Below are positions 61,835 through 64,000 of a DNA stretch of 64,000 nt, in pieces. Origin of the DNA: Cetorhinus maximus (taxonomy: Eukaryota); the NCBI RefSeq assembly GCF_964194155.1, contig NC_135901.1, positions 27,962,001 through 28,026,000 of the forward strand. Direction: 5' to 3'. Made by a program: the position numbers and the translations under genes. Positions within the stretch are counted from its first letter, which is position 1. Each line of letters begins with the position of its first letter. The notes below the pieces were generated by a model, which was given only the letters and a program-made list of their open reading frames with translations, had not been told where the DNA came from and made no database searches.

Positions 61835-62500
61835 TTGTCCCCTTAAATGTCAGCCATCTCCTGGGGAAACCACCCCTTTAATTGTGAACATTAAGAAAGA
61901 GATCATCCTTTTAGCCAGACAAATAAATGTGTCAAGCTGAGGGAGCAAAGGATGTCAATGTCTTTAAGAGAGAGAGAGAGAGACCTGGGCCAACCTTTCC
62001 AGAGTCTGAAACCTCCTGGATTCACTTCCTTTCCCTTCAGTTCCTGCAAGTCAACAATTTGCCCCCAGAATGAGAAAAGAAATGGAAAGGGGGAGAAAAG
62101 AGTGTTTTACTCACAGATGTTGGACACAGGAGGATGTTTTAGTCTGTGTAACGCTCGGTCTTCATTCACACCAAGCCCGCGCTCTGGTTGGCTGGAGGAC
62201 CAGGTCCTTTTTGTCCTCCAACTCTCCCCATTGGTCACTCCCTCAACGTGAAGGTTACGGGGGGGTGGGGTGGGGGCTGTCACCCGCACATGCACAGCTT
62301 TCCCTCTCCCTTGAACATTCGCAGTCCCGGGACGCCCGTCCGCGCAGCAGATAGAGTGCTTTCCCCAGCGCGGGACATTGTGGAAGCTGCGGCCGCCATT
62401 ACCCATCCGGAGCCCAGTCTCCAAACCCCTGACACTGAGATGGAAAGTGGGGGTGGGGGGGTGCAGTGACCTCACCCTGACACAAAGTACATGTGGGTAG
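61835..62500 (-). promoter_or_regulatory. 5' module of gene J and CpG-rich core
   Basis: Donor 62114; inverted homolog of 52730-53400. Confidence 0.7.
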
Positions 62501-63264
62501 TCACTGGATTTGATTGTGACGCTCCCTTCACAAAAACAGTTTGTTAACTTCATGTGTAAAGATTTAGACACCTGGGTGACATATTGGGGAGGGCAATAGG
62601 CGAGTGTGAAACTGAACCCGAGAGTCAGCACCTTGAGGAGAGGAGAATTAGATAAAAGGCAAGAGGGGTAGGATGAATATGGGTGAGACAAAAATGAAAA
62701 TAGAAAGCGCTGGAGACACTCAACAGGGATGGAATCATGTGTGGAGAGAGAAACGGAGTTAACATTTCGAGTAGAATATGACTCTCCTTCTGTAACGGTG
62801 TAGACTCCTGGGTGACATATTGGGGAGGGCAATAGGTAATGGAGGAGGTCTTATGGAGCAGTGGGTGGTGCCCCTGCCTCTGAGCCAGAAGCTTCTGGTT
62901 CAAGTCCGACTCCAGGACTTGATGGCCAAGGAAAGTGTCTTCAAAATGCAGACAAACAGGTTTAGTATCAACTTGTAAAACCTTCGAACACACACCAATG
63001 GCAAGCAGTAAGAGGAGTGGGAGGGCGGGGGAGATTCCTGCTCAGCCGCACGATGGAAAGAAATTGGAACCTCAGCTATCACTATCAGAGCAACTCCCAC
63101 TCCTCGGGGGGCTGGTTGGCTCAGTCGCCTGGAAGGTGGGTATATATCAGATTGGTGCCAACAACCTGTTCTGGCTGGGGTGGATTCGGGATCTGCCTCC
63201 TTGCCCTACCTCTGGTGGAGGTCGTGGCGCAGTGGGTCAGGCCTGTCTGCGCAGAGAACTCAAG

Positions 63265-63665
63265 AAGGAGGAAAAGGATTCACTCTCTCATCGAGCTCGA
63301 TTACATACCAGGGAGAGGCCGTTCACCTACTCCATATGTGGGAATGGATTGACTCAGTCCTACTGGCATGTTCAGACTGGAGATAGGCTGATTAAATGTT
63401 CCAAGTGTGAGAGGGGATTCATTTGCTCATCCCACTTCCTAACACACAAATGAGTACATGTTTGATTGCAGGGGCTGGATTCTGCTGTTACTGCTGCTGC
63501 TCATCACATCCAGGACTGAACCATGTTTATTCTGACAATTGGGGTCTGTTTCTGCTGATGTTAATAACCCCTGTAACTGGGTTGCAGTTTAATATTCTGG
63601 ATAAATGTCAAATAAATCAGCTTTGTTTTGGACACACAGTTTCTCAAGTGCTTGATGTCTCTGAG
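63265..63665 (+). pseudogene. Decayed ZNF remnant B''
   Basis: HTRERPFTYSICGNG...LIKCSKCERGFICSSHFLTHK plus family 3' UTR. Confidence 0.7.
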
Positions 63666-64000
63666 AGAAGAAAACGTAGGTTTTAAGCAGAGTCTTAAAG
63701 GAGGAGAGAGAAGTGGAGGGGTTAAGGGAGGGAATTCCAGAGTTTGGAACTTGGCAGCTGAAGACTGGAAGAGTGTCAGCCCTGGATTATGGGGGACTCG
63801 AGTCTCTGGAGTGGGGACTTGAACCCACGACCTTCAGACTCAGAGGCGAGTGTATGAGACTGACTGAGCCCTGGTATTCGGGGAAGTGATGTGAAGTCTC
63901 AGTTGCCTCATCCTTTCTCTGTCCTTTTCCCCTTTCCAGGATCAGCACATCGAGCTGAGAAACTGGGCAACAATTAAAAGGGGCAAGAAGAAAGTTAAGA

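Overview
Eukaryotic vertebrate DNA, most likely from a cartilaginous fish (inferred from the CR1, L2, Penelope and DeuSINE-type repeats). The window is a birth-and-death cluster of nine short C2H2 (TGERP-linker) zinc-finger genes or pseudogenes with no KRAB or other effector domain, plus three decayed remnants, mostly arranged as divergent head-to-head pairs. Each gene shares one architecture: CCAAT promoter, short exon 1, an inferred 50-nt micro-exon, and a final exon whose 5' part is a fossil N-terminal domain plus three dead fingers. The live CDS restarts at a Kozak ATG (MEKPWKCGDC...) and is followed by a conserved 3' UTR. The cluster grew by a ~13 kb direct duplication (with a near-identical tract over one ZNF gene), a ~10 kb inverted duplication and a 2 kb inverted cassette. 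Penelope-derived pieces carrying minimal hammerhead-ribozyme motifs recur in promoters and 3' ends. One LTR with a primer-binding site and an internal 57/63-bp minisatellite has replaced a ZNF 3' UTR. All calls were made by eye; boundaries of decayed repeats are approximate.
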